From Synechococcus sp. (GTDB taxonomy: Bacteria; Cyanobacteriota; Cyanobacteriia; Thermostichales; PCC-7336), in assembly GCA_051439605.1 (NCBI GenBank), contig JBFRWN010000124.1:1-64000 (forward strand): a DNA stretch of 64,000 nucleotides, read 5' to 3'. Made by a program: the position numbers and the translations under genes. How positions within the stretch are numbered: position 1 is the first letter of the stretch; every line of letters begins with the position of its first letter. Below are positions 29,608 through 39,954 of this stretch, piece by piece. Under the pieces are notes generated by a model, which saw only the letters and a list, made by a program, of their open reading frames with translations, was not told where the DNA came from and made no database searches.

Positions 29608-30507
29608 ATGGCTGAAGGTGTGCTCGTTTTTGGCGAGGTGCTGTTTGACTGTTTTCCAGATGGTCGAGTGGTGCTAGGGGGGGCACCCTTTAATGTAGCT
29701 TGGCACTTGCAGGCGTTTGGATTGGCCCCCGTATTCGTCTCACGAATTGGTGAAGATGAGTTGGGGGCAAAGGTTCGCTGGGCGATGCTGAATTGGGGGA
29801 TGGATACCTCTGGTCTGCAACTCGATCCCAAGCGGAAAACTGGAACGGTGGATGTGGAGTTTCGGGATGGTGAGCCCCACTACACGATTGTGCCGGATCG
29901 GGCGTTTGATTGTATTGATGCTGACAGCCTGCCGGAATTTGGCAGCGACTCGATCCTGTATCACGGCACGTTAGGGGTGCGGAATTTTGAATCCGAGCAA
30001 GCGCTGCAGGAGATGTATCGGCGGCTGTTTGAGGAGGGAACCCAACCCAAAGTATTTATTGATGCCAATTTACGAGCCCCTTGGTGGAATCTGGATCGTA
30101 CTTGGGAATTGATGAAACAGGCTCGCTGGTTGAAGGTGAGCGAAGAGGAATTACTGGAGATTGTGCCAGAGGGGCGGTCTTTAAGCGATCGCATTGCACA
30201 GTTGATGTCCTCGTTACCCCTGGAAGCTCTCATTGTGACTCGGGGGAAGAAGGGAGCGATCGCGGCGTCTACGGAGGGGGCGCTGTACGAATTGGCGCCG
30301 GAAGAGAAGATCGTAGAGGTGGTAGATACGGTAGGGGCGGGGGATGCTTTCTGCAGCGTTTTACTCTTAGGGATTACTCAGGGATGGCCGCTGGAGCTTT
30401 CGATGCAAAGGGCACAGGCGTTTGCTGAAGCAATTGTGGGGATTAGAGGGGCGACTACGGGCGATCGGGGAGTTTACGAGGGATTTTTGGGTCAGTGGAG
30501 TCAATAG
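29608..30507 (+). CDS. PfkB family carbohydrate kinase (fructokinase-like)
   Basis: FGEVLFD, GGAPFNVA, DANLR, VTRG..G and DTVGAGDAF motifs. Confidence 0.92.
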   Translation: MAEGVLVFGEVLFDCFPDGRVVLGGAPFNVAWHLQAFGLAPVFVSRIGEDELGAKVRWAMLNWGMDTSGLQLDPKRKTGTVDVEFRDGEPHYTIVPDRAFDCIDADSLPEFGSDSILYHGTLGVRNFESEQALQEMYRRLFEEGTQPKVFIDANLRAPWWNLDRTWELMKQARWLKVSEEELLEIVPEGRSLSDRIAQLMSSLPLEALIVTRGKKGAIAASTEGALYELAPEEKIVEVVDTVGAGDAFCSVLLLGITQGWPLELSMQRAQAFAEAIVGIRGATTGDRGVYEGFLGQWSQ

Positions 30508-30586
30508 CGCTCCATCAGGACGATCGCCCTGTTACGTGAAATTCATATCGCCCGAAGGGTTAGCGCAAAAAGGCAGTCCGATTCTA

Positions 30587-30637
30587 TTGACAATATACAG
30601 ACCTGTCTACATAATTTATATACAGATCTGTCTACAT
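30587..30637 (+). promoter_or_regulatory. Sigma70-type promoter overlapped by two TetR-like palindromic operators
   Basis: TTGACA (30587-30592), 17 bp spacer, CATAAT (30610-30615). 20 bp repeats ATATACAGA(C/T)CTGTCTACAT at 30593-30612 and 30618-30637. Confidence 0.75.
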
Positions 30638-30937
30638 CCCTGAGGCGCATCGTGAGAATTCCCCTCAAACCTCTTCCAGCTGTTCAGAAGCCAGTCAAAG
30701 CAAGCAATCCCATCTAAATCCGGTCAGAATCTTGAATCAACACCCCCTGCTGTCACCCCCCGATCGCCTATCTCTCTATCCCTACGATGGCCTCTGCGAT
30801 CTCGTTCTCCAATTCGGTGGCGATCGCGAAAGCCTGCCCCAAGATTGCCTCCCCTTTGACATATCTGAACTGTTAGAAACGTTGGTTCCCAACCAGCCAT
30901 CACCCAGTGTCACTTCCACCCAAACCAGAGGCTTACC

Positions 30938-31609
30938 ATGATTGACCTCTACACCTACACCACCCCCAACGGTCGCAAACCCGCGATCGCTCTCGAAGAA
31001 TTCGAACTCCCCTACCGCATCCACAAAATCGACATTGGTAAAGGGGATCAATTCACTCCAGAATTTGTTGCCATCAACCCCAACAGCAAAATTCCCGCCA
31101 TCCGCGATCTCGATACAGAAATTGCGGTATTCGAATCGGGAGCCATCCTGATTTACCTCGCAGAAAAAACTGGCAAGTTATTGCCAACCGAAGCGGGCGA
31201 TCGCGCCAAAGTCATCGAATGGCTAATGTTCCAAATGGCTAGTGTTGGGCCAATGTTCGGTCAGCTGGGGCATTTCCGCAACGCTGCCCCCGAACAACTT
31301 CCTTACGCCATTAATCGCTACGACAAAGAAACTCGGCGTTTGCTAGCCGTTCTCGATCGCCAGCTCGCAACCACCCCCTACATCGCTGGTGACTACTCCA
31401 TTGCCGACATTGCCACCTATCCCTGGGTGGCAGCAGCAACCACCCCTTACCTGGGCCAGTCCCTAGACGAATTCCCCAACGCTCAAAGCTGGACCGAGAG
31501 AATGCGGGCCCGTCCCGCCGTACAGACTGGGATGGACATTCTGACGCCCAAGTTCACTAGCAACTACGGCATTATTGCCGCTCTGGCAGCCCAGTCCTCT
31601 GATGCGTAA
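30938..31609 (+). CDS. Glutathione S-transferase (YfcG/Nu-class-like)
   Basis: TPNG, INPNSKIPAI, FESGAILIYLAEK, WLMFQM...GPMFGQ and YSIADIA.YPW motifs. Confidence 0.93.
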   Translation: MIDLYTYTTPNGRKPAIALEEFELPYRIHKIDIGKGDQFTPEFVAINPNSKIPAIRDLDTEIAVFESGAILIYLAEKTGKLLPTEAGDRAKVIEWLMFQMASVGPMFGQLGHFRNAAPEQLPYAINRYDKETRRLLAVLDRQLATTPYIAGDYSIADIATYPWVAAATTPYLGQSLDEFPNAQSWTERMRARPAVQTGMDILTPKFTSNYGIIAALAAQSSDA

Positions 31610-31665
31610 TACATCTCCCCACAATTTCTCGTTTCCTAGTAATTAATCGATTGGAGATATCGGTC

Positions 31666-32067
31666 ATGGCAATGACAAAAGGTGCCCACCATATTGGTCT
31701 CACCGTTCCAGATTTAACGGCAGCACGGGACTTCTTTGTAAACATCTTTGGCTTTTCGCAAGTGGGTGAAGTCCCCGATTATCCGGCCGTCTTTCTCTCC
31801 GATGGCACACTCCTACTCACCCTGTGGCGGGCAGCCGATCCGGAAAATGCGACTCCATTCGACCGCAAAAATGTGATTGGCCTGCATCACTTTGCCCTAA
31901 TCGTTGATGGTTTAGACACCCTCAATTCCTTCCACCAAACGTTGACCACCACAGCCGGTGTCGAAATTGAATTTCCCCCCGAACCGCTGGGAGGTGGTCC
32001 CACCCACCACATGATGTTCTACATCCCAGGGGGTATTCGCATGGAATTGATTGCCCCAGCATCCTAG
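31666..32067 (+). CDS. VOC (glyoxalase/bleomycin-resistance) family protein
   Basis: HHIGLTV.DL, GLHHFAL and PGGIRMEL motifs. Confidence 0.9.
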   Translation: MAMTKGAHHIGLTVPDLTAARDFFVNIFGFSQVGEVPDYPAVFLSDGTLLLTLWRAADPENATPFDRKNVIGLHHFALIVDGLDTLNSFHQTLTTTAGVEIEFPPEPLGGGPTHHMMFYIPGGIRMELIAPAS

Positions 32068-32117
32068 CGATCGCGCGCCCGGTCTATCTATAAGTATTGG
32101 AACGGAGACAACGCAAG

Positions 32118-33080
32118 ATGGCAACTCCAGGTTGGACCCGCACTGAATCCCCCTTTCATAAAGGTGAACTGGCCATACAAGCTCGGCTCGGAGCCCAAGA
32201 GCGGATGGACAAACAAGGGCGACGGTTCATCCGGGAAGTTCTTACGGACCAGCATCGTCAATTCTTCAGCCAGCTTCCCTATGCGATCGCCGGCACGGTG
32301 GATGCATCGGGCAACCCTTGGGCCTCCATTTTGGTAGGTAAACCGGGCTTTATCTCCACACCGGACGAACGTTCTTTTCACGTTGCGGCTTGTCCCCTAT
32401 TTGGCGATCCACTAGAAAATACGCTTGCGGAGGGCATCGACATCGGTTTTCTCGGCATCGAGTTGCACACCCGCCGCCGTAATCGGATGAATGGAGTAGT
32501 AACCGCAGCTCGTGCCGATGGCTTTGAGGTGCGCGTGGTGCAAACCTTTGGCAACTGTCCCAAATACATTCAGTCCAGACTATTTGAGTGGACCGACATC
32601 GATCTTGCCACCCCCAAACCGATCCATGAAATTGACTCGCTATCCCCAGCAGAACGAGCCCAGATCGCGGCGGCTGACACGTTTTTTATCGCTACAGCCT
32701 ATCAAGATGAATCTGCTGGACTGGCCAGCGGTGTTGATGTCTCCCATCGCGGAGGCAAGCCAAGCTTCGTACGTATAGATAGTGACGGAACGCTAACGGT
32801 GCCCGATTTCACCGGCAATTGCCATTTCAACACCGTAGGCAATATCGAGCTGAATCCCCGTGCCGGACTCTTGTTCGTAGACTTCGAGCGGGGTGACTTG
32901 CTCTATCTCACGGGGAAAGCTGAGACGATTTGGGAGGGAGATGAGCTCGCAGCCTTCGACGGAGCAGAACGGTTGCTACGTTTCTATCCAGAAAAGGGGT
33001 ATCGAGTGGAAGGCAGCCTTCCGTTGCGATGGTCCCCCCCTGAATTTTCTCCTTTCCTGGAACGGACCGGCTCTTGGTAG
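32118..33080 (+). CDS. Pyridoxamine 5'-phosphate oxidase-related FMN-binding protein
   Basis: FH.GE...Q, G.PWAS, TRRRNRMNG, FGNCPKYIQ, DVSHRGG and PDF.GN..FNT.GN motifs. Confidence 0.88.
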   Translation: MATPGWTRTESPFHKGELAIQARLGAQERMDKQGRRFIREVLTDQHRQFFSQLPYAIAGTVDASGNPWASILVGKPGFISTPDERSFHVAACPLFGDPLENTLAEGIDIGFLGIELHTRRRNRMNGVVTAARADGFEVRVVQTFGNCPKYIQSRLFEWTDIDLATPKPIHEIDSLSPAERAQIAAADTFFIATAYQDESAGLASGVDVSHRGGKPSFVRIDSDGTLTVPDFTGNCHFNTVGNIELNPRAGLLFVDFERGDLLYLTGKAETIWEGDELAAFDGAERLLRFYPEKGYRVEGSLPLRWSPPEFSPFLERTGSW

Positions 33081-33197
33081 CCCAGAAGAGCCTAGACTTT
33101 CACAGATGCGATCCAGATACCATCGCGATACAACTCTTGCGCGGACCACTTGCCCCCATTTGGCTTGATTAGTTATGGCAAGCCTTCAAGGCTGCTG

Positions 33198-33294
33198 TAA
33201 TAGCGACCGTCAAGTCGCTTAAGACATTTTAGCTATCCCAATCTATGACTAGACATAGAGACTTACGTCCTAGCTAAAGTGTCAAAGATAATAG
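33198..33294. repeat. Dispersed palindromic ~96 bp repeat (MITE/SDR-like), copy 1
   Basis: tagcgaccgtcaagtcgcttaagacat...tctatgact...gtcctagctaaagtgtcaaaga aligns along its length with 34669-34764. Confidence 0.75.
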
Positions 33295-33447
33295 TAGGAG
33301 ATGATTGACCCAACAAGTTTGACAGACATTTGACGGATATCATATGTCAAAGGTGGCTTGGCCAGCCCTCTTGCTCGTCTAGATTTGGTTCCAGGATGCA
33401 TGGATCTAACCAGAGGAACCATTGACTTGCGCAGTGCATGAAAACAG

Positions 33448-34515
33448 ATGGGGACACTGATGTTCGCAATTCATCCGTATCGATTTAGGTTCCTCCCCGT
33501 TGCTACGGGTCTGTCAGCGATCGGCCTGTTAGCACTCTCTCTTACTCCAACCGTTCTGCCTCAAACAGAAGAAACCGAGCGGTTGGAAGAGTTTCTTGCC
33601 CCACCTGAACCTTCGGCGCCAGCTCCCCCTGCCCAACCGGCACGTCCTTCTGTCCGTCCTGCTCCAGTCAACCCAGCACCTGCTCCCCCGCGACCACAGC
33701 TCTATTCGAATAACACAGAAGTTCCCACCCCTGAAGGGATTGCGGCGGTCGAACAAAATACGCGGCGCTACACCCCCACTCTAACGATTGTGTCCCCTAA
33801 GCAGGGGGAAACCTTGGACAGTACCTTGGTTGAGGTCGAACTGAACTACCAGCGATTTCCAATCGGTCAAGATCCAGAATTGGGGCTTGGGATGCACGTC
33901 AAACTTATCGTGGATAACGAAGAGCCCATCGACTATTTCGATTTGAGCACTCCCCTCTCCCTTACTCTGTCCCCCGGTACCCATACAATCCGGGCGATCG
34001 CCGCTACCCCTTGGGACAACAGCTACCGTACTCGTCCCGCCTTCCAAATGGTTACCTTTAACGTCATCGAAGCGGACAATCAAAATACCCCCGTTTTTCA
34101 GGAGGGGGTTGGCTTGCTGACGGTGGTGTCCCCCAGCGGCAGCTATGGGGCAGAGCCTATTCTGTTGGACTACATCGTGGATGGGCTTAATTTGGGAGTC
34201 ATTGCGTTTGTCAAATACACCCTCAACGGCAACGTTACCGTGACTCGCTCTCGCCAGCCCGTTTATTTGGAGGGATGGCAACCGGGGGAAAACGAATTGA
34301 CCGTCGAGTTGGTGAAACGGGATAACGCGACGGTCCACGACAACAACGGCACTGGGTTTAACCGCGTCGTTCGTACCATCACATACCAGCCCGGCGGTAC
34401 GGACAGCTTGTCCCAGTTAGTTAGGGGGGAGCTAGACCCTATTGACCTAAAGGACATTCTTGGCCCCGACCCGATTGTGTATGACGAAAAGGGGAATCCC
34501 CAACTCCTTCGCTAG
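33448..34515 (+). CDS. Exported protein with a Pro-rich linker and beta-rich domains, function unknown
   Basis: Signal/TM segment, PAP-rich linker, and LGLGMHV..IVDN, PGTHTIRA and SPSGSYGAEPILLDY motifs. Confidence 0.75.
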   Translation: MGTLMFAIHPYRFRFLPVATGLSAIGLLALSLTPTVLPQTEETERLEEFLAPPEPSAPAPPAQPARPSVRPAPVNPAPAPPRPQLYSNNTEVPTPEGIAAVEQNTRRYTPTLTIVSPKQGETLDSTLVEVELNYQRFPIGQDPELGLGMHVKLIVDNEEPIDYFDLSTPLSLTLSPGTHTIRAIAATPWDNSYRTRPAFQMVTFNVIEADNQNTPVFQEGVGLLTVVSPSGSYGAEPILLDYIVDGLNLGVIAFVKYTLNGNVTVTRSRQPVYLEGWQPGENELTVELVKRDNATVHDNNGTGFNRVVRTITYQPGGTDSLSQLVRGELDPIDLKDILGPDPIVYDEKGNPQLLR

Positions 34516-34668
34516 TCCCTGTAATGGCGAGTACAGTTGACGGTACCGCGGGAAAACGGCACCGCATCCTAAAGCCCTCATGGAAAACTACATGCTCGGC
34601 AGCGATCGGTAGAGGGGGGACTGTCGTTAGCCGGGATTTCAGAGGGTAAGGATAGTAGGTAGTAGGGA

Positions 34669-34764
34669 TATAGCGGCCTTCAAGTCGCTTAGGACATAAG
34701 TTGCTATCCCCATCTATGACTGGGCATAGCAACTTATGTCCTAACTAAAATGGCAAAGACTATA
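34669..34764. repeat. Dispersed palindromic ~96 bp repeat (MITE/SDR-like), copy 2
   Basis: Ends TATAG...CTATA; perfect 19 bp inverted repeat TTAGGACATAAGTTGCTAT (34689-34707) / ATAGCAACTTATGTCCTAA (34726-34744). Confidence 0.8.
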
Positions 34765-34787
34765 GCAGTGAGGGGAGTCGATCGATA

Positions 34788-36011
34788 TTGAACACCTGGG
34801 TCTATGCGATACCACCCCTTGCAGGTTTGGCGATTGGATATTTCACAAACGATATCGCCATTAAAATGCTGTTTCGCCCCTACCGGCCCTACTACCTCGG
34901 TCAACTGAAGCTACCTTTCACCCCCGGTCTAATTCCTCAAAACCAATCGCGCCTGGCCCAAAAGATTTCAGATGCCATCATGGGGTCTTTGCTTACCCCT
35001 GAGGAGCTGCAGAATTTAGCCCGACGCTTGCTTGAACCTCAGCGGGTCAAAGGGGCTATCCAGTGGTTATTGGAACTGGCGATTGACCGCCTACAGAATC
35101 CCCAACAGCAGGTGCAAACGGCCAAGGTGTTGGGCCATATTTTGGCGGATTTATTTGGGGAGTCTCTTCCCCGCCTAATTAAAGCTCTAGCTCGCCAAGA
35201 TAACTTTTTAGAGGAGCAACTGAATCAGATTTTCGATAGCGTGCTGCTGGAAATTCGCCTCACCTCTAGCCAGTCGCTGCAGCTCTCAGACTGGATTCTG
35301 GAACAAATTGTCCCTCCCGATGTGCTTCGAAAAGGGCTGGTGGATTTTCTCACCGATCGCAATATCGATGCTCTAGACGAAGAGTTCCGCGAACGGGCCA
35401 CCGGTTCCTATTGGGTTGTAGCTAATCTTTTTGGTCTTAAAAATGCCCTGACTCGCCTGCGCACGTATTGCATCGACGAACCGGAAGCAGCTGACGACAT
35501 ATTGCTTGAATTGCTGGAGGCTTTGGGGTCGCGCAGGCGGCTGGCAGAAATCTCTCAGAATCTTTCGTTACAAAACCTGCCGGTACATACGGTCCGCCAA
35601 CTGCGGCAGGCCATGCGGGAGAGCGTGCGGAATTTTTTGCGGGAGAACGGTGGGTCGCTACTGCAGGATTTGAGTCATTCTATTAATTGGACAAATGTGG
35701 CCAAACTGGTACTGGCACGGCTGCAGCGCTCGTCGGTATTGGAGACAGCAGTTCCTCAAATCAGCGAGGATCTCGCAGAGATTCTCAAACGCTATCTCGA
35801 TCGCGATCTAGAGTCCATCATGACTCAGGTGATTCCTATCTTGAATATCGATCGCGTGATTATCGATCGCGTCAACGCAACTGCACCGCAGGATTTAGAA
35901 CAGGCCATTCAATCGATTGTGCGCAGCGAGCTACAGGCGATCGTGAATTTAGGCGGAGTCTTAGGGTTTCTGGTGGGGTGCATTCAGGTTATTATTTTGC
36001 AATTCTCCTGA
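34788..36011 (+). CDS. DUF445 family membrane protein
   Basis: [25 protein letters not shown] and [16 protein letters not shown] motifs. Confidence 0.9.
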   Translation: MNTWVYAIPPLAGLAIGYFTNDIAIKMLFRPYRPYYLGQLKLPFTPGLIPQNQSRLAQKISDAIMGSLLTPEELQNLARRLLEPQRVKGAIQWLLELAIDRLQNPQQQVQTAKVLGHILADLFGESLPRLIKALARQDNFLEEQLNQIFDSVLLEIRLTSSQSLQLSDWILEQIVPPDVLRKGLVDFLTDRNIDALDEEFRERATGSYWVVANLFGLKNALTRLRTYCIDEPEAADDILLELLEALGSRRRLAEISQNLSLQNLPVHTVRQLRQAMRESVRNFLRENGGSLLQDLSHSINWTNVAKLVLARLQRSSVLETAVPQISEDLAEILKRYLDRDLESIMTQVIPILNIDRVIIDRVNATAPQDLEQAIQSIVRSELQAIVNLGGVLGFLVGCIQVIILQFS

Positions 36012-36097
36012 TACCGATTGCCATTTGAAATTCATGTATGAGTGCTAACGATCGCCTAGCAATGAGTTTCCCTGAAAAGCAGATCTGGAGACGCACG

Positions 36098-36496
36098 TTA
36101 CGCTCGACAATCGGCGCAAATGCCGTAAAAATCGAGCACGTGACGTTCAATTGCAAAGTCATACTTTTGCGACAGTTTGAGTTCTAGATCCCGAACTGGG
36201 CAACTGGAAAGGGGCAGTACCTTGCGACAGGACGTGCAAATCAGGTGATGGCTATTGTGGCTGTTGCGATCGTGGGATACCAGTTGGTAGTAGGCTTGAT
36301 TATCTTCCAGGTCGAGCTGCTGTAAATAGCCCTCATCCTTCAGGGAGGCAATTGCTCGATATACCGTCGCTAACCCCACAGGGCGATCGCTCTCCCGCAA
36401 TTGCATAAATATTTCCTGAGCAGAGAGGGGTTGAGCTCGTCCATCGAGCACGTCGAGAACCGCCTGCTCTCCTCGGGTGTGGTTAGTTGCGGTCAT
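36098..36496 (-). CDS. zur: Fur-family regulator, Zur/FurB-like
   Basis: SAQEI, GLATVYR, HHLICTSC..CPV and FYGICADC motifs. Confidence 0.8.
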   Translation of the reverse strand: MTATNHTRGEQAVLDVLDGRAQPLSAQEIFMQLRESDRPVGLATVYRAIASLKDEGYLQQLDLEDNQAYYQLVSHDRNSHNSHHLICTSCRKVLPLSSCPVRDLELKLSQKYDFAIERHVLDFYGICADCRA

Positions 36497-36543
36497 GTAC
36501 GCGTCAGAATCCGTCCTGTTCTAATTATCTCTGACTTCGTTAT

Positions 36544-36861
36544 CTACGAGTCAATCTCGGATTTCATCCGCTCCAGTGTTTTGTTCATTTGATCGAACAT
36601 CTGAGAGGGGGAGATGCCCATGCTACCAAACTGACTTTGCAGTTGTTTCATGCTCATTTGGGCCATGAAGTCATCGGACAATTCCATCCGCTTCATGAAA
36701 ATTCGTTGACGTTCCATCAGCTCTTCCATTTGGCTGATGAACATCTTTTTGCCCTCGCGATCGAATTTGCCGTAGTCTCCTCCGAGTTTCATTAACGATT
36801 GAAAATCGCTAAATAGCTCTTTCGCTTCCTGTTGCACGATCTCGGAATCGAAGAAACTCAT
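36544..36861 (-). CDS. DUF1825 family protein
   Basis: FFDSEIVQQEAK.LF, YGKFDREGK and IFMKR.ELSDDFMA motifs. Confidence 0.85.
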   Translation of the reverse strand: MSFFDSEIVQQEAKELFSDFQSLMKLGGDYGKFDREGKKMFISQMEELMERQRIFMKRMELSDDFMAQMSMKQLQSQFGSMGISPSQMFDQMNKTLERMKSEIDS

Positions 36862-37165
36862 GGGTAGCCTCAGCAGTCAAAGATTTATACTCGCTGTATT
36901 CATCCTAACTGATGCCTCTAGGGCCCTGGGCGAATCCCCCGATCTGTATTGCAAGCGATGGGTGGGGATTTCCGATCTGCCATGGCAGCCACGATGTTGT
37001 GGTGGTCCTCTAAGCGCCGACGATTTCCATGGGTCGAAATCTCAAGATCGAGAAGAGAGAGCATTCATGGGGGCAGTTCGCTTAGGGAGAAAGCCGATGA
37101 AACGCAACCCGCTTCAACTCACAGAAAGCAACATTAACGTCCTCTGAACTGAATTAAGGGTGGCA

Positions 37166-37197
37166 AACAAAAAGGGCTGCTGGGACAACCAGCAGCC
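37166..37197 (-). terminator. Intrinsic terminator downstream of the DoxX gene
   Basis: GGCTGCTGG-5 nt-CCAGCAGCC hairpin followed on the minus strand by CTTTTTGTTT. Confidence 0.7.
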
Positions 37198-37256
37198 ACA
37201 GAGTTCGATCGTTTCAAAAGAGTTTGCCGTTTTATTGTGAGTCTTTTACTCGCCGT

Positions 37257-37814
37257 TTAAACAGCAGCTTTTTCGGACTCTTCAGCAGTGGCAGATGCTT
37301 GAAAAGAGCTTTCTAGAGAGGCCACCGTTTGCTGGAGGTCGAGGCCAGCCGCCGAGGCCAACCACTGGGCTACCCACCGATCGCCTGCGAACACCCCAGA
37401 GCCATTGGCGACAAAAAAGGTGAAGGCAGAGAAATAAACAGCGGATAGTTCCAAATAAGGCAGATTGAACCCTGCCACTAAAACGTGGTGGTACATGGCG
37501 ACAACCATGGTGCTAGCTAAGGCAAGTGCCGCCGGGCGTGTCATAATCCCCAGCATCAGGAGGATCGAACCCGCCACTTCTGCATAGGCTGCACAGTGGG
37601 CAAAAAATACGGGGAATGGCAGACCGATGACTTGGACGTACGCGATCGCAAACCCTTCGATGTCAGCTAGTTTGTCGAACCCGTTGTGAATCATCATCCC
37701 CCCCAAGACCACTCGAAACAGAGTCCAGGCTACTTGTTGATACCAAGCATTTGTCTCGGTGCTGGTTCGAAGCACCGAGAGCGCTAGACTTGCCGCGCGC
37801 TTAGTTATAGTCAT
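37257..37814 (-). CDS. DoxX family membrane protein
   Basis: R...G.MMIHNG.DKL, GLPFP, E..G..LL.LG..TR and YLEL motifs. Confidence 0.88.
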   Translation of the reverse strand: MTITKRAASLALSVLRTSTETNAWYQQVAWTLFRVVLGGMMIHNGFDKLADIEGFAIAYVQVIGLPFPVFFAHCAAYAEVAGSILLMLGIMTRPAALALASTMVVAMYHHVLVAGFNLPYLELSAVYFSAFTFFVANGSGVFAGDRWVAQWLASAAGLDLQQTVASLESSFQASATAEESEKAAV

Positions 37815-38173
37815 TTGTTGTTCCCTGCAAAATGCAAAATATCTACTAATAAATTAACAAATCTAAATGTATTCAAAGGCGATTCAAATTGAGAACTTTT
37901 TTTGGAAGGCCTTAAATTCGAACTCAATGGGGGACGATCAGTTTCAGCTCTGAAGCTGTTGCTTGCGCTCCCTTGTCTTACTTTGCAAGGTTTTTCGTCG
38001 TTTCTGTCTTTGTCTGTTGAGGCCAACTCGATTGCGCGTTCTCTGGGGTAATGGCGGAGGATAGTCTTTGAAGGATCTCCTGGCGATCGATGTAAAATTA
38101 ACTAAATTTAACAATCTCCGTCGTTCGAGCTGTCAATCTCGTTCATTTGAGTGGTTGGGCGAACAGCTTGGGG

Positions 38174-38866
38174 TTAAAAGAGTTTAAGTTCCATAAACAT
38201 GCCCACGGCGATATCGTCTTTGGCGATGGTGTGGCGCCAGTTAACTTGGCTGGCAACCCGCAATCTTCGGGTGAGATGGTAGGCGGCAGTGACAGAACCA
38301 AGGGTGGCTTCGTCGCTAGTGAACGGGTCGAGCAGGCTGTAGGAGATTGCTAAATCTGCAGCTCCTGGTGCGAGGGCTATGGTGCCTAAGAGGCCAACGT
38401 TGACTCCATCATTGATACCGTCTCCGAGGTCGAGATGACGAAAGCCCACCTGTGGCGCAATGTTGAAGTACGAGCCGCGTGGCAACAGATAATAGGCCAG
38501 GTCGGCCCCATATTCTTCGTCAGATTGTTCGTCAAAAGCTGCTCGATAGTGACCCCTCAGGATGAGGCGATCGTAGAGGGTGAGGTCCTCAACTCCCACG
38601 GACCACTCGCGGTTGCTGGCTACGCCAACCCGCAAACGAGGGGGTAAGGCGGGGGTATTGCGAATTTCGTCCAGGATGTTGGGAGGATTCTCCTGCCATC
38701 GCTGCAGGAGTGGGCTATTTTCAAACGCTTCTGAATGGTGAGTGGCTGCTTCAGCTGGTTCCGGTTGGGCCTGGGCGGAGCAAGCCACACTTTGGCCTGC
38801 CAGGACGGCGATCGCCACACCAACTATCGTGCATTGCCTAGCTGGCGATGTCAGAAAACTGACCAT
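38174..38866 (-). CDS. Hypothetical exported, probably outer-membrane beta-strand-rich protein
   Basis: Signal-like N-terminus, SP.LQRW...PPN.L, YYLLP.GSYFNIAP..G and terminal Phe. Confidence 0.7.
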   Translation of the reverse strand: MVSFLTSPARQCTIVGVAIAVLAGQSVACSAQAQPEPAEAATHHSEAFENSPLLQRWQENPPNILDEIRNTPALPPRLRVGVASNREWSVGVEDLTLYDRLILRGHYRAAFDEQSDEEYGADLAYYLLPRGSYFNIAPQVGFRHLDLGDGINDGVNVGLLGTIALAPGAADLAISYSLLDPFTSDEATLGSVTAAYHLTRRLRVASQVNWRHTIAKDDIAVGMFMELKLF

Positions 38867-39095
38867 GCTGACTCCTCAACAACCCGCTTGCGATGCCACC
38901 CTAACGGTTGAAAATGGCGATCTCCACCAGCATCAAGAATAGCCAGTTGAACCGTTTGTGCCGATAGCTAATCCAGAATTGAAGTGAGGATTGAAGTCCT
39001 GCTATTTGTTAGTATCGCGCCTCTTTATTGATATCAAAGTCGTTCCGGTCCATTGACCGACTACAGTTAAAGTCATCCCGATCCACCCCATTCCT

Positions 39096-39911
39096 ATGAC
39101 CACCGGAATTCCTGCCGCCGAACGCACTCCACCGATTGCTATGACAATCGCCGGTTCAGATAGTGGAGGCGGGGCAGGAATTCAAGCAGATCTGCGCACC
39201 TTTGCACTTCACCGTGTACACGGCACTAGCGCTATCACCTGCATCACTGCCCAAAACACCCTGGGGGTCCATCGCGTCGATGCCCTCCCTCCAGAAGCTG
39301 TGGTGGCTCAAATTTCTGCAGTAGTTGACGATATCGGCATTCAATCCCTCAAAACTGGGATGCTGCTCAACACAGAAATCATTGAAGTCGTGGCCACCGA
39401 ACTCGAACAGCGCAACCTGCCCAATACAGTGATTGACCCTGTCATGGTGTCCCGCGCTGGGGCAAAGCTACTGGCAAATGAAGCCATTGACGCGATGCGC
39501 GATCGCCTGCTGCCCTTGGCGGATGTGTTGACCCCGAACCGTTACGAGGCTCAAATCCTAGCGAAGATGGAGATCGTAACCGTGGAGGACATGAAAGCCG
39601 CCGCCACTCGTATCCACAAACTGGGCCCGAAAGCAGTCCTGATTAAGGGGGGAGGTATGATCGGAGAGGCGAAAGGCACCGACGTGTGGTGGGATGGCGA
39701 GCGTCTAGAAGTGATGTCAACCACTCCCGTAAATACCACCAACACCCATGGCACTGGCTGTACGCTATCCGCTGCGATCGCAGCGCATCTGGCCCAGGAT
39801 TTCCCTCCGTTTGATGCGGTCCAGCGCTCGAAGCGGTTTGTGACCCGAGCGATCGCGAATGCCCTTGCGATCGGCCAAGGACAGGGGCCAATCGGTCATT
39901 TCTACGCCTAA
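39096..39911 (+). CDS. thiD: Hydroxymethylpyrimidine/phosphomethylpyrimidine kinase
   Basis: TIAGSDSGGGAGIQADL, TAQNT, KTGML, DPVMV, TPN, KGG and THGTGCTLSAAI motifs. Confidence 0.96.
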   Translation: MTTGIPAAERTPPIAMTIAGSDSGGGAGIQADLRTFALHRVHGTSAITCITAQNTLGVHRVDALPPEAVVAQISAVVDDIGIQSLKTGMLLNTEIIEVVATELEQRNLPNTVIDPVMVSRAGAKLLANEAIDAMRDRLLPLADVLTPNRYEAQILAKMEIVTVEDMKAAATRIHKLGPKAVLIKGGGMIGEAKGTDVWWDGERLEVMSTTPVNTTNTHGTGCTLSAAIAAHLAQDFPPFDAVQRSKRFVTRAIANALAIGQGQGPIGHFYA

Positions 39912-39954
39912 TCCCCAGCAAGTCTTACTCCCAGGCTTTGCGAACCCAGCCCTG

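Noticed and set aside
33305..33351. TTGAC repeats with an inverted GTCAAA
   Set aside because: Short and irregularly spaced; cannot be assigned to a regulator.
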